Assembly: GCA_039802605.1 (NCBI GenBank)
Contig: JBDRWW010000002.1
Location: 160,001 to 224,000 of the forward strand
DNA length: 64,000 bases
Direction of reading: 5' to 3'
DNA from: a candidate division WOR-3 bacterium
Lineage (GTDB): Bacteria; Hydrothermota; Hydrothermia; LBFQ01
Under the pieces are notes generated by a model. The model was not told the origin of the DNA. It ran no database searches and saw nothing but the letters and a program-made list of their open reading frames with translations. A program made the position numbers and the translations under genes. Every line of letters starts with the position of its first letter. The first letter of the stretch is position 1. This document shows positions 1 through 9,733 of the stretch, piece by piece.

Positions 1-188
1 AATCTGTTCAAGTATCCACTCTTAATCACAAAATCCGATAAAGACTGATCCGCATAACTTCTACCCATCCCCCTAGGAATACTACCCTTGAAAAATTCAA
101 AATTATTAATTGCAAATGGATAAAGAACCTTACAATTCCTTACCGGATAATTACCCCAACCGCTCAACCTTTCTATTTGTACCTGCAT
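1..188 (-). CDS. FAD-binding oxidoreductase, DprE1-like (5' part only; runs off window start)
   Basis: Manual translation from ATG 188: MQVQIERLSGWGNYP...IPRGMGRSYADQSL. The LSGWG and PRGxGRSY motifs fit the FAD_binding_4 (DprE1/VAO) family. Confidence 0.75.
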   Translation of the reverse strand, partial: MQVQIERLSGWGNYPVRNCKVLYPFAINNFEFFKGSIPRGMGRSYADQSLSDFVIKSGYLNR

Positions 189-1299
189 TCCCCAGTTTTA
201 TAAGATTTTTCGGGGTTTATGGAAAACAAAAACGATGCTATCAAGGCCTGTAATGATAGTATTAACCAAGCACCCCTGTTAAAGTTTTCAAATAAAAGGC
301 CACCCCAACTGGGTCCCAAAGAATAACCCATACCCTGGAAGGTACTCCAAAAACCCATATAAGCCCCCAATTCTCCCTCGGGTGCCCTATTGGATGCGGA
401 GGCCATAATAACCGGAAAAACGAACATCTCACCTAGTGTTATGAAAACTACGGCAAAGATTAAATGCGTATAGTTTTGTGAAAGGAATAGGACAATATAC
501 CCCAAAGCAAACAATATTCCACCGCTTACAACCGAAAGGGTATAACCCAGTTTTTCCAATAGCTTTGTTATAGGGAGTTGGAAAAGGATTATTAAAAGCC
601 CGTTTAAACTGAAAAGATAGGCAACCATATGCTTTGGTATATCCAAATCTTTTACGGCAAACAAACTGAAATTACTCGTAAGTTGGGAGGATAGGGTAAA
701 TACCAAAACGGAAGTTATGGAGAAACCGATGAAGGAGTAATCGGGAAAAACCATTTTAAAACTCCTAAGTCCCGTATGCCTTTTAATCTCCTTTAAAAAC
801 AAAGTGAAGATTATTGCAAGGAAAATTCCTATGGATGATGCCAAGAATAGATATACATAAATGTACCGATTGCCCAACCGCCGTTTATCGCAATCCTCAC
901 CAAACTGAAAACCCTAACCCTATCATCCGAAATATCGGCAACATAGGAATCGGCCACGGGTAAAAATAAGGAAAATCCAAGGGATGTTAAGAATGTGGCC
1001 ATAAAAATATAAGGCAAGGGGAAGTTTAAAGATACAAAAATCGCAAGGAATACTAGCATCAAAAAACGAAAGGAAAGTATGAACCTCAGGAGGATAACCC
1101 TGTCCATTATATCTGCGAGATTTCCCATAAAAATCCTTAAAAATGTAGCCACAAACACAGCAGAGGTTATAAAAATACCTATGTTTAGTACCGAAAGGCC
1201 CCTATCGTTCAAGTATAGTGGTATAAAGGGCCAAGATAAGGAAAAGCTAACCGATAACAAAAACCGTATAAATGTTATAGCATAGAGTTCCCTTTTCAA
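173..1299 (-). pseudogene. MFS transporter split by a frameshift near 855-865 (pseudogene or assembly error)
   Basis: ORF 829-1299 encodes the N-terminal helices (GNLADIMDR motif A-like). ORF 173-877, in another frame, encodes the remaining helices. Together they make one MFS of about 370 aa. Confidence 0.75.
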
Positions 1300-1306
1300 C
1301 TTTTAT

Positions 1307-1852
1307 TTATTGAGCGTAGGCCCTTACTACCCTATCAACCTCCTCGGGGGTACGCATAGCGCCCACATGCCTTTTGCCGTTTATAAAGAATGTTGGGGTT
1401 CCCCTAACCCCCACTTTAAAGCCCAACATTAGGTCGCTTTCCACCCTCTTTTTACCGTCATCGTTATTAACGCATTCCTTAATCTCCTTAACAACCTTTT
1501 TATCCATACCCGAGAGCCAATCCCAACTGAAAGGTTCCCTTGAGCCGTGTTCCTCTATAATGTGCATAACATCCGGGAAATATTCGTTTGGGGTACAGGC
1601 CAGAATCTCGGCCTTTCTATAAGCGTTCGGGTGGATTTGAACTAGGGGGAATAGCCTTATATAAAGGGCAACATCCGGCCTACTTTTCGCGTATTCAATA
1701 ATATTGCTATGTGTCATACGGCAGTACGGACAATCCGGATCCGTAAACATAACTATTTTTATGGGGGCATCCTCAACCCCTATTATGGGCTTTATACCCT
1801 CGGTTAGTTTTTGTACATCCGCATCACCTTGTGCGAGTAAAAGTATTATCAT
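1307..1852 (-). CDS. DsbA/thioredoxin-fold protein (Thioredoxin_4-like)
   Basis: FTDPDCPYC active site and GVRGTPTFFING cis-Pro motif. Confidence 0.9.
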   Translation of the reverse strand: MIILLLAQGDADVQKLTEGIKPIIGVEDAPIKIVMFTDPDCPYCRMTHSNIIEYAKSRPDVALYIRLFPLVQIHPNAYRKAEILACTPNEYFPDVMHIIEEHGSREPFSWDWLSGMDKKVVKEIKECVNNDDGKKRVESDLMLGFKVGVRGTPTFFINGKRHVGAMRTPEEVDRVVRAYAQ

Positions 1853-2685
1853 GGTTGTGTTGGTATTCTAAGGCTGAAATGAAAGGTATATATGGGGCTT
1901 TTGGTTTTGTGCTTAAATTCTTCAACCGTTTCAAAGCCCAAGGATAGCATGAGTTCCTTAATTTCGTTTTCAAGATTCCAACCGTGGGTTTGGATATACC
2001 ACTCCGGTATTTCCCTTATTAACTTAGGGTTTGCTTTTAAAAGAAATCTCTCGCAACCTTCACAATTAAACTTAACCAAATCGGGTTTTAATTTCAATAC
2101 TTCGTCTATATGTTTAACCTTAATTTTTGTCCTCTTTTTTCCACCAGTTCTCCCAAAATCCGCCCCAAACTCTTCATATTCTACCTCAACAAAACCATCA
2201 ACATCCCCTATCCCAAATTCATATATTTCCACCTTATCCGAAACACCGTTTATTCTAAGGTTTTCTCTAATTACCTCAACATTTTCCGGTATAGGCTCAA
2301 CTACAAAAACCTCTTTGGCCCCCTTTGATAGAAAAAATAAAGCGCTTTCGCCTAAAAAACCCCCCACATCCAATACGGTTTTCCCACTTATATTTTTTAT
2401 CTTCCAATAAGGGGAGGATTTGTCAAGAACCGCGGGCATCCATTTCAACTTATTCCTCGGGACGAAAAGTTTATAACCGTAAAAGTCGAATAAAAACCCT
2501 TCATCCTTTTGCCCCAAAATCCAATGACCCGAATCTATTAACGACACTATCCTCTTATACTCATAAAAATCAACGGAAACCTCCGCATCGTTGATAAACT
2601 TAATTTTTATGGCTTTATTACGAAAAAACCTTAAAAGTATTAATTTTGGTATTTCGTGGGGTTTTACGCGATTTACCCTTCCCAA
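1849..2685 (-). CDS. FkbM-family SAM-dependent methyltransferase
   Basis: VLDVGGFLGESA motif I, VVEP, KFNCEGCE (KiDvEG-like). Confidence 0.85.
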   Translation of the reverse strand: MGRVNRVKPHEIPKLILLRFFRNKAIKIKFINDAEVSVDFYEYKRIVSLIDSGHWILGQKDEGFLFDFYGYKLFVPRNKLKWMPAVLDKSSPYWKIKNISGKTVLDVGGFLGESALFFLSKGAKEVFVVEPIPENVEVIRENLRINGVSDKVEIYEFGIGDVDGFVEVEYEEFGADFGRTGGKKRTKIKVKHIDEVLKLKPDLVKFNCEGCERFLLKANPKLIREIPEWYIQTHGWNLENEIKELMLSLGFETVEEFKHKTKSPIYTFHFSLRIPTQP

Positions 2686-4151
2686 GTGTCTATTTGTGCC
2701 CTCTGTAGCCTTCCGGAGTAGTCTATATACACTGTCTTCAATTCCGTAAATATTTCAAAAGCCGTCCAACCGCCTTCCCTGTGGCCGTTTCCGGTTTGCT
2801 TAACGCCTCCGAAGGGTAAATGCGTTTCCGCACCAATAGTTGGGGCATTTATATATGTTATACCCGCCTCAAGGAGTTCAATGGCTTCCATAGCCTCCCT
2901 TATGTCGTTTGTGTATATTGAAGATGAAAGGCCGTATTTGGTGTTGTTTGCCAACTCTATCGCCTCCTCAAAAGATTTAACCTTAAATACGCATAGAACC
3001 GGTCCAAAAATCTCCTCCTGGGCTATCCTACTGTTCGGATCCACATCAACGAATATAGTGGGTTCAAAGAAATAACCTTCCCTATCAATCCTCTTCCCAC
3101 CGTAAACCAACTTTGCACCGCTTTCAATCCCATACCTAACATAAAGTTCCACCTTCTTTAAAGCCCCTTCGTTTATTAAAGGCCCCATGTTCGTATCTTC
3201 AAGTAAGGGGTTATCAACCTTTAAGGTTTTAACCTTTTCAAGGAGCATATCCATAAACTTATCGTAAATAGCCTCGTGCAGTATAAGCCTGCTCGTGGCG
3301 GTACATCTCTGCCCCGTGGTCCCAAACGCCCCCCAAAGGACTCCATCCACTGCGAGTTCAAGGTTGGCCGAGGGCATTACGATTATGGGGTTTTTACCCC
3401 CCATTTCAAGGGCAACCTTTTTATATGTCCTCCCCGCTATCTCCGCAATTCTAGCACCCACCACACTTGAACCCGTAAAGGAAACCACCCTAACATCCGG
3501 ATGGGCCGCCAAAATTTCCCCAACGCTTTCACCACCTCCGGTTACAACATTCACAACACCTTCCGGAATTCCCGCCTCTTCAAGGGCCTTTACGAATTCC
3601 AAACCGGAAGCGGGGGCATCGGACGCGGGTTTAAAAACAACGGTGTTTCCAGATACAAGGGCGGGGAATAACTTCCAAGAGGGTATAGCCATTGGGAAGT
3701 TCCATGGGGTTATGGCGGCAACCACACCAACAGGTCTCCTTATCACATACGCCGCCTTATTTGGCAGCTCGCTTGTAGTCGTATATGCGAAAAGCCTCCT
3801 ACCCTCTCCAAAGGCGTAAAAACCCGTGTCTATCGCTTCCTGAACATCGCCCCTAGCCTCTTTAATCGGCTTCCCCATTTCCCTCGTCATCAAACGGGCC
3901 AATTCCTCTTTCTTTGACAAGAGTATTTCCGTGGCTTTTCTTATGATCTCCGCCCTTTTTGGGGCCGGAACCCTTGACCAGTGTTTAAAGGCCCTTTTTG
4001 CGGCCTCAACGGCCTCGTTAACATCTTCCGCCGTAGATAGGGGATGAACCGAAACGACTTCCGAAGGTTTAGCGGGATTCCTATTTTCAAAGAACTTACC
4101 GCTTTTTGAAGGCACCCATTTCCCGTTTATGTAATTCTTGTACTCCATCAT
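2673..4151 (-). CDS. Aldehyde dehydrogenase family protein
   Basis: ITPWNFP, FTGS, LEMGGKN, GQRCTA, EEIFGP, PFGG motifs. Confidence 0.95.
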   Translation of the reverse strand: MMEYKNYINGKWVPSKSGKFFENRNPAKPSEVVSVHPLSTAEDVNEAVEAAKRAFKHWSRVPAPKRAEIIRKATEILLSKKEELARLMTREMGKPIKEARGDVQEAIDTGFYAFGEGRRLFAYTTTSELPNKAAYVIRRPVGVVAAITPWNFPMAIPSWKLFPALVSGNTVVFKPASDAPASGLEFVKALEEAGIPEGVVNVVTGGGESVGEILAAHPDVRVVSFTGSSVVGARIAEIAGRTYKKVALEMGGKNPIIVMPSANLELAVDGVLWGAFGTTGQRCTATSRLILHEAIYDKFMDMLLEKVKTLKVDNPLLEDTNMGPLINEGALKKVELYVRYGIESGAKLVYGGKRIDREGYFFEPTIFVDVDPNSRIAQEEIFGPVLCVFKVKSFEEAIELANNTKYGLSSSIYTNDIREAMEAIELLEAGITYINAPTIGAETHLPFGGVKQTGNGHREGGWTAFEIFTELKTVYIDYSGRLQRAQIDTWEG

Positions 4152-4215
4152 ATACGGTTATTCTACATCCGATAAAAATTTTATCCCGCATTGAACGGGA
4201 ATATAATTCCCAATT

Positions 4216-5109
4216 ATGTTATCGGCACCGGTACTGATATTGAAGTCTTTTTCCTTTTATTCGGACAGCGTTGAAATGGTTTTAAAATCCCAGTTGCAGG
4301 GAATGGCCCAAGTTTTTGATTGGAAGAAAAGCGCAAAGGGTTCCCCGGAAGATTTTTATAAAAATCTGTGGGAAAAAACAAAGGATAAGTATTTGGCGGT
4401 TGTTGTCCTTGGAGATGAGCCTTTACAATTCGCAATGAAATACATAAAGGAAAAACCCGTGATATATGTATATAACTATCACCAAATGGATACGCTTTTT
4501 GTTCCTAAAAACTTCATAGGGGTCTTTGGTGCAATCTCGCCGGTTTTACATTTGGAAAAGATGATATGTGCCTTTGAAGAGGGGAAGATCTTGGGAATTT
4601 TAATATATAGAAACGAATGGGAGGTTTTAAGGGATGTTTTTGAAAAGGCTCCAAATGTATCCGGTAAAAATCCCATAAACGAAATACACATAAGGCTGAT
4701 AGATTACCCAACGCAAATACAAACGGCATTAAAGGATTTGAAGGACTTTGGTGTTAAAGTGGTATGGATACCCCCAACATCTTTATTAAACTTCGGGAAA
4801 TATTCGGAGGAAATAGCGGATTATTCTAAAAAGTTTAAAGTTGGGGTATCCTCTTATGATGTGTCAAATGTTCGCGTGTGGTCGGTATATGCGTGGCAAC
4901 CCTCACCCTCGGATATGGGAAGTTTAATACTTGAAACCCTATACGAAATTGATAAAGTTTTAAAAGAAAGGGAAAACCCTACATTTCCCAAGGTAAAGGT
5001 GCATTATATATTTTCGGTCTCATCGGGTATTCCAGCATTAAACAAAACCCTTGCAAACAAATTAAAGTTGAAAGTATCGGAGTCGTGCTATTTTAAGCAG
5101 GTTTATTAA
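4216..5109 (+). CDS. Putative ABC-type substrate-binding-fold protein
   Basis: Alpha/beta pattern resembling ABC_sub_bind (VVVLGDEPL, KPVIY, KILGILI, VVWIPP). TATAAT lies 8 nt upstream. Confidence 0.5.
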   Translation: MLSAPVLILKSFSFYSDSVEMVLKSQLQGMAQVFDWKKSAKGSPEDFYKNLWEKTKDKYLAVVVLGDEPLQFAMKYIKEKPVIYVYNYHQMDTLFVPKNFIGVFGAISPVLHLEKMICAFEEGKILGILIYRNEWEVLRDVFEKAPNVSGKNPINEIHIRLIDYPTQIQTALKDLKDFGVKVVWIPPTSLLNFGKYSEEIADYSKKFKVGVSSYDVSNVRVWSVYAWQPSPSDMGSLILETLYEIDKVLKERENPTFPKVKVHYIFSVSSGIPALNKTLANKLKLKVSESCYFKQVY

Positions 5110-5635
5110 TCAGTTCCTCTAAGGTTTTGGCAAAGGCGTTATATGCGCTTTCCGAAAACAGCACAAACCTTACGAGTTTAACATTTTTCAGGGTGGGAAG
5201 GGTGTTTAAAACTGTTGATAGGGTTATTTTTGCGGCTTCATCCATCGGATAACCAAAGGCACCCGTGGAAATTGCGGGAAATCCTATAGATACTATTCCC
5301 TTTTCATCGGCCAACCTTAGAGCGTTTTCATAGGTTTTTGAAAGGAGTTTATCGGATGGCATATCAACCCCATAAACAGGACCAAGGCAATGTATGACAT
5401 ACTTATTGGGTAGATTGTACGCACCCGTTATAACACATTCCGAAACCTTTATTGGGGCATATTTTTTACACTCTTCGTACAGTTGGGGACCGGCAGCCCT
5501 GTGAATTGCACCCGCAACACCACCCCCAGGGGCGAGTTGGGCGTTTGCGGCATTCACCACGGCTTCAAGGTCGTCTTGTTTTGTTATATCCCCCTTTACT
5601 ATTTCCAAAACCTTCCCGTTTATTTCCACTTTCAT
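5093..5635 (-). CDS. Macro domain protein (ADP-ribose hydrolase, MacroD/YmdB-like)
   Basis: GDIT, VNAAN, GGGVAGAIH, IHCLGP, FPAISTGAFGYP. Confidence 0.95.
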   Translation of the reverse strand: MKVEINGKVLEIVKGDITKQDDLEAVVNAANAQLAPGGGVAGAIHRAAGPQLYEECKKYAPIKVSECVITGAYNLPNKYVIHCLGPVYGVDMPSDKLLSKTYENALRLADEKGIVSIGFPAISTGAFGYPMDEAAKITLSTVLNTLPTLKNVKLVRFVLFSESAYNAFAKTLEELINKPA

Positions 5636-6246
5636 TTTTCAAGGCTTTGCTTTATCTGGGAGAGCAAATCAGCGGGGGATTTTATGGGATATTTCAGGTT
5701 TTCAAGGATTTCGTTCACGCTTTTGTCCTCAATCTTCAAACCGGATAACCTTTCCTTCAACACTTCCTTTTCCACGGGGAAATCCAACCCCTTTATCCTC
5801 CTCAAAACCTCAACGGGCCAGAATATCCCCAGTGTCTCCGAAGCAACTTGTAATGCATGGGAAAATATAACGAGGTTATCCCTACCCTCTTTAACCTCTC
5901 GGTAGGCTAATTTTGCCAAACCACCCGCAGTATGGGCCCTCGGGGTTTTCTCTTCCAGCTCGCCTTCCAACTTTTTTATGACCAGTTCGGGTTCCGCCCT
6001 CAACATGTTCCTAACGGTTTGACGGGTTAAGCCCAAGAATTCCGCTATTTCCGTTTCCGTCTTCATAGCCATATCCTGTAAAACTATCGCATAAGATGCC
6101 TCCATTAAACTCGGTATCCAGGTTAGGTTCCTATACTCTATTAACTTTCTAGGACCCCCTATTATCTCAAGGGCCTTTAAAAACACCCTAATTGCCATTG
6201 CATCTATATCAAATTCCTTTATCTCATCCGGTCCAAGTATTGGCAT
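5632..6246 (-). CDS. KaiC-associated HTH regulatory protein with a C-terminal DUF2795-like helical domain
   Basis: RNLTWIPSL and HTH KTETEIAEFLGLTRQTVRNML resemble the near-KaiC regulatory domain (TIGR03879-like). The tail carries GLDFPVEKEVL. Confidence 0.75.
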   Translation of the reverse strand: MPILGPDEIKEFDIDAMAIRVFLKALEIIGGPRKLIEYRNLTWIPSLMEASYAIVLQDMAMKTETEIAEFLGLTRQTVRNMLRAEPELVIKKLEGELEEKTPRAHTAGGLAKLAYREVKEGRDNLVIFSHALQVASETLGIFWPVEVLRRIKGLDFPVEKEVLKERLSGLKIEDKSVNEILENLKYPIKSPADLLSQIKQSLEK

Positions 6247-6247
6247 A

Positions 6248-7087
6248 TTACACCTCCTTTTTTGTCAAACTTGGCATAAAAAGCCCCGACCCCGGTCTTA
6301 AAGGGTTTGAAGGTTGGGGGTATAAGTTCATAAGTTCATAAACCTCGGCCGGCACATTGGTACTGACCTTTAAACCCAACTCCTTTAATTTTTCGTAAGT
6401 TATCGGATAGTCATGCGTCCAAACTCCTGAGGATAAAACCCTTGCCAATTCCTTAGATTTATCATCCCCATACTTATCCCTCAAAAGTTCAAAAACAAAA
6501 TCCTCAACCTGTTTTATGGCCTTTTTTGCCACATCGGCGAACAAGAGTAGTTTATCTCCAACCTTATCGGGATGCTCTTCTACGGTTCTAACAATTGAAG
6601 GAGCTGGGACAACGCCCATATCGGGTATCTGGATTTGGGGATCCACAGGCCCCAGAACGGCATTTGGATCCATTATTATCTCATCGGCCGCCAATGCTAT
6701 CAATGTGCCCCCACTCATGGCGTAATGGGGTATTATAACCGTGGTTTTCGCCGGATGACTTTTTAAAGCCTTGGCTATTTGTGTGGCGGCCAGCAGTAAT
6801 CCCCCGGGTGTGTGTATTATTAGGTCTATCGGCATATCCTTTGGTGTATTCCTTATTTCTCTCAATATTTCCTCGGAATCTTCAATGTTTATAAACCGCA
6901 TTATGGGTATTCCGAAAAACAGGAATTGCTCTTGTCTGTGTACTAAAAGCAAAACCCTGCTTTTCCTTCTTGTTTGCAGCCTCCTTATAACCTCCAACCT
7001 TTTATTCCGGATAATATCGTATTGTATTCTTGGCATTATAAGGCTCCACAGAATCAATGTCCAAAATAAAAGTCCTATTAACTCCAT
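6248..7087 (-). CDS. Membrane-anchored SDH-family (Clp-fold, DUF114) serine protease
   Basis: N-terminal TM; HTPGG, AMSGGT (Ser), GPVDPQ (Asp), WTHDYP (His). Confidence 0.9.
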   Translation of the reverse strand: MELIGLLFWTLILWSLIMPRIQYDIIRNKRLEVIRRLQTRRKSRVLLLVHRQEQFLFFGIPIMRFINIEDSEEILREIRNTPKDMPIDLIIHTPGGLLLAATQIAKALKSHPAKTTVIIPHYAMSGGTLIALAADEIIMDPNAVLGPVDPQIQIPDMGVVPAPSIVRTVEEHPDKVGDKLLLFADVAKKAIKQVEDFVFELLRDKYGDDKSKELARVLSSGVWTHDYPITYEKLKELGLKVSTNVPAEVYELMNLYPQPSNPLRPGSGLFMPSLTKKEV

Positions 7088-7089
7088 AC

Positions 7090-7965
7090 CTATTTCTTTT
7101 CCCTTTTAAGCAACTCCTTTAAACTCGGCCCTATTCTAATTAAACCCGTTTCTGTTATCTCCATTATATGCGTTGATGTGTCGTGTCCGCACATTCTACA
7201 ACCGTCTATCCTAAAAAACCTAATTATTTCACCTATTGGTAACCCGTAAAGCCTTTCATCGTATCTGCTCAATATGGTTTGTTTTGACATAACCATTGTG
7301 CAATCAACTATATGGCTAACCGCATAACCACCGGCCGCCTCCGCGGACAGTTCCTCATGCCCGGATCTCTTTTGTGATACGAATAAAGCCGTTTGATACC
7401 ACTTTTTCATAAAGTTAAAGAGTTGCCTTACAATACTCCTCGCCATCATTTCCCTGGCCTCGTAGAGGCCGGTAACGGAATCTATGATTACAAAGTTGGA
7501 TTTGTATTTTCTTATCGCATAGGCCAACGTGTCCAAGAGTGCCGGTATGTTTTCCCTTAAAGTATGGTATGAAGCCGCATCAATAATAACTATGTTTTCC
7601 TCTATTTTGTTCTCATCTATGCCCATAGATTTTGCCCTTTCCTTCAAAGACATTGAAACAAAGGGTGCGGGGGTTTCAACGGTGATAAATATAACAACAT
7701 CGCCTTCGGACGCCCTCTTTACCGCGAACTGCTCAACGAACAGGGATTTTCCGGTATCGGATACACCCGTTATGTTTATCACCGCATACTTAGGAATTCC
7801 CCCCAAGGGTATTTTTTTCGCCTTTCCATCAACGATTTTTGATGTGAAGAACATACCGTCCAAACCCTCTACACCCGTAGGTACCCCTTCAAGTTTTGGG
7901 GCATCCTTACCGGCCTCCTTTAATGTTAAAAGACTTTCTATAACCGGTTTGTGTTGTTCGGACAT
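7090..7965 (-). CDS. Single-domain KaiC-like RecA-fold ATPase (thermophile AF_0795/TIGR03878-like family)
   Basis: PTGVEGLD, GGIP, Walker A GVSDTGKS, Walker B VIIDS, VSHIVD, C-terminal DGCRMCGH. Confidence 0.9.
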   Translation of the reverse strand: MSEQHKPVIESLLTLKEAGKDAPKLEGVPTGVEGLDGMFFTSKIVDGKAKKIPLGGIPKYAVINITGVSDTGKSLFVEQFAVKRASEGDVVIFITVETPAPFVSMSLKERAKSMGIDENKIEENIVIIDAASYHTLRENIPALLDTLAYAIRKYKSNFVIIDSVTGLYEAREMMARSIVRQLFNFMKKWYQTALFVSQKRSGHEELSAEAAGGYAVSHIVDCTMVMSKQTILSRYDERLYGLPIGEIIRFFRIDGCRMCGHDTSTHIMEITETGLIRIGPSLKELLKREKK

Positions 7966-7971
7966 CCGAGA

Positions 7972-7977
7972 ATTATA
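7972..7977 (-). promoter_or_regulatory. -10 box TATAAT 6 nt upstream of the kaiC-like ATG
   Basis: Reverse complement reads CTT TATAAT TCTCGG ATG. Confidence 0.65.
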
Positions 7978-7987
7978 AAGCGGTTTT

Positions 7988-8503
7988 TTAAAAAACCTTT
8001 ATCTCTACCTGCCTATAACTACTACCAACGCCTTCCGCCCTACTATCCCCATAGGATACCGCCTTTAACTTTTTTGAATCTATACCTCTACTTATCATAT
8101 ACCTAACTATTGCGGCGGCCCTTGCACCCGCCAACTCCCAATTCGTAGGGTATTTATCCTTATTGGTCTGCACCGGACTTTTATCGGTATAAACTCCCAC
8201 CTCTATCCCGTTAAATCCGCTTTGTAATAATTCCTTCACCAAACTGTCCATTTTTTCCTTACCACCCTTTGATATTTCAATACTTCCTGGCTCAAATACT
8301 TCATCGGAAGGAATGACTATCGTTAAAACGCTATCGGAAGAGGTGGATCTGCTTTCCGATAAACTCCTCAACAGGTTTAGATTTTCTTCGTTTAAATCCT
8401 TTATGACCTTTTCCAAGGTGGGTATTCTGACAAACCAAAGGTATCCGCTAAAACCTATGCTCAGTATAAACAGTATATAAACGAGAACCCTTATAACCCT
8501 CAT
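7988..8503 (-). CDS. OmpA/MotB-family peptidoglycan-binding membrane protein
   Basis: N-terminal TM, coiled coil, NWELAGARA...AVSYG motif. Confidence 0.85.
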   Translation of the reverse strand: MRVIRVLVYILFILSIGFSGYLWFVRIPTLEKVIKDLNEENLNLLRSLSESRSTSSDSVLTIVIPSDEVFEPGSIEISKGGKEKMDSLVKELLQSGFNGIEVGVYTDKSPVQTNKDKYPTNWELAGARAAAIVRYMISRGIDSKKLKAVSYGDSRAEGVGSSYRQVEIKVF

Positions 8504-9681
8504 TCAACCAACTCAACGGCCATGGCTACTGAACCGCCACCCCCAAGGCAGAGGGCGGCCAACCCCCTTTTGCCTCCGGTTCTCCTCAAAGCGTATATTA
8601 AGGTGGTTAATATCCTCGCGCCGGATGCCCCTATGGGATGGCCTAAGGCTATCGCTCCGCCGTGGATGTTAAACTTCTCCCAATCCCATTGGAGTTCCTT
8701 GTGGTCCGCGAGAACTTGGGCCGCAAAAGCCTCGTTTATCTCTATAAGGTCAAACTCGTTTATGTGTTTGTATCCGAGCTTTTCCAAAACCTTCTTAATT
8801 GCTATTGTGGGGGCAAAAAACAGGTTTTTCGGTTCCGTAAATCCGCTCGCGTATGTTAAAACCCTCGCCAAAGGCTTTAATCCGTTCTTTTCCGCAAACT
8901 CCAAAGAAGACAATACCAATGCGGATGCCCCATCGGATAGGGGAGGGGCGTTTCCGGCGGTAACCGTTCCGTCCTTTTCAAATGCGGGCTTTAAAGTGGC
9001 CAATATTTCGGGGCTCGTATCCCTCCTCGGGGTTTCGTCGGTATCAACCATAACGGTTCCATTTTTTGTTTTAACCTCTATGGGAATTATTTCATCCTTA
9101 AACCAACCGTTATCAATGGCCTGAATGGCCTTCCTATGACTTTCGTATGCCAACCAGTCCTGCCGTTCGCGCGTTATACCGGCAACCCTTGCGGTATATT
9201 CCGCCAAGTTCCCCATATGGGTGTTTTCAAAGGCACACCAAAGTCCGTCCTTTATCATTAAATCTTCTAAGGACAACGACCCGTATTTTACACCTGACCT
9301 TATAAAGGCCGCGTGTGGGGAATTTGTCATAGACTCTTGACCCCCGGCAACCCCCACATCTATATCCCCAACCCTAATGGCCCTTGCTATCTGTATAACG
9401 GCCTCTAAACCAGAACCGCAAACCTTATTAACGGTTTCCGCCGGAACCGTTGGGGGTAATCCCGCCTTTAAGGCCGATTGCCTTGCGGGGTTTTGACCGC
9501 TCCCACCCTGAATAACCTGCCCCATAATAACCTCTTCTATTCTTTCCGGTGAAACCCCCGACCTTTTAACGGCCTCCTTTATGACCAAGGCGCCCAAGTC
9601 GGTTGCTTTAAACTGGGCCAAATTACCCAAAATTTTCCCAATAGGGGTTCTTACCGCAGAGAGTATTACCACATCCCTCAT
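8500..9681 (-). CDS. Acetyl-CoA C-acyltransferase (thiolase)
   Basis: NKVCGSG, NEAFA, GHPIGASG, CLGGG. Start moved to ATG 9681, which lies 9 nt after TAAACT. Confidence 0.95.
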   Translation of the reverse strand: MRDVVILSAVRTPIGKILGNLAQFKATDLGALVIKEAVKRSGVSPERIEEVIMGQVIQGGSGQNPARQSALKAGLPPTVPAETVNKVCGSGLEAVIQIARAIRVGDIDVGVAGGQESMTNSPHAAFIRSGVKYGSLSLEDLMIKDGLWCAFENTHMGNLAEYTARVAGITRERQDWLAYESHRKAIQAIDNGWFKDEIIPIEVKTKNGTVMVDTDETPRRDTSPEILATLKPAFEKDGTVTAGNAPPLSDGASALVLSSLEFAEKNGLKPLARVLTYASGFTEPKNLFFAPTIAIKKVLEKLGYKHINEFDLIEINEAFAAQVLADHKELQWDWEKFNIHGGAIALGHPIGASGARILTTLIYALRRTGGKRGLAALCLGGGGSVAMAVELVE

Positions 9682-9733
9682 AATCCGCATAGTTTAAAGG
9701 TGATAAATTTCCCACCTTAGAATTTTCAACCGT

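Noticed and set aside
7090..7965. A true circadian clock (kaiABC)
   Set aside because: The protein is single-domain and there is no kaiA or kaiB in the window.
7988..8503. Flagellar stator motB
   Set aside because: There is no motA neighbour and no conserved Asp in the TM helix, so I called it a generic OmpA/MotB-family protein.
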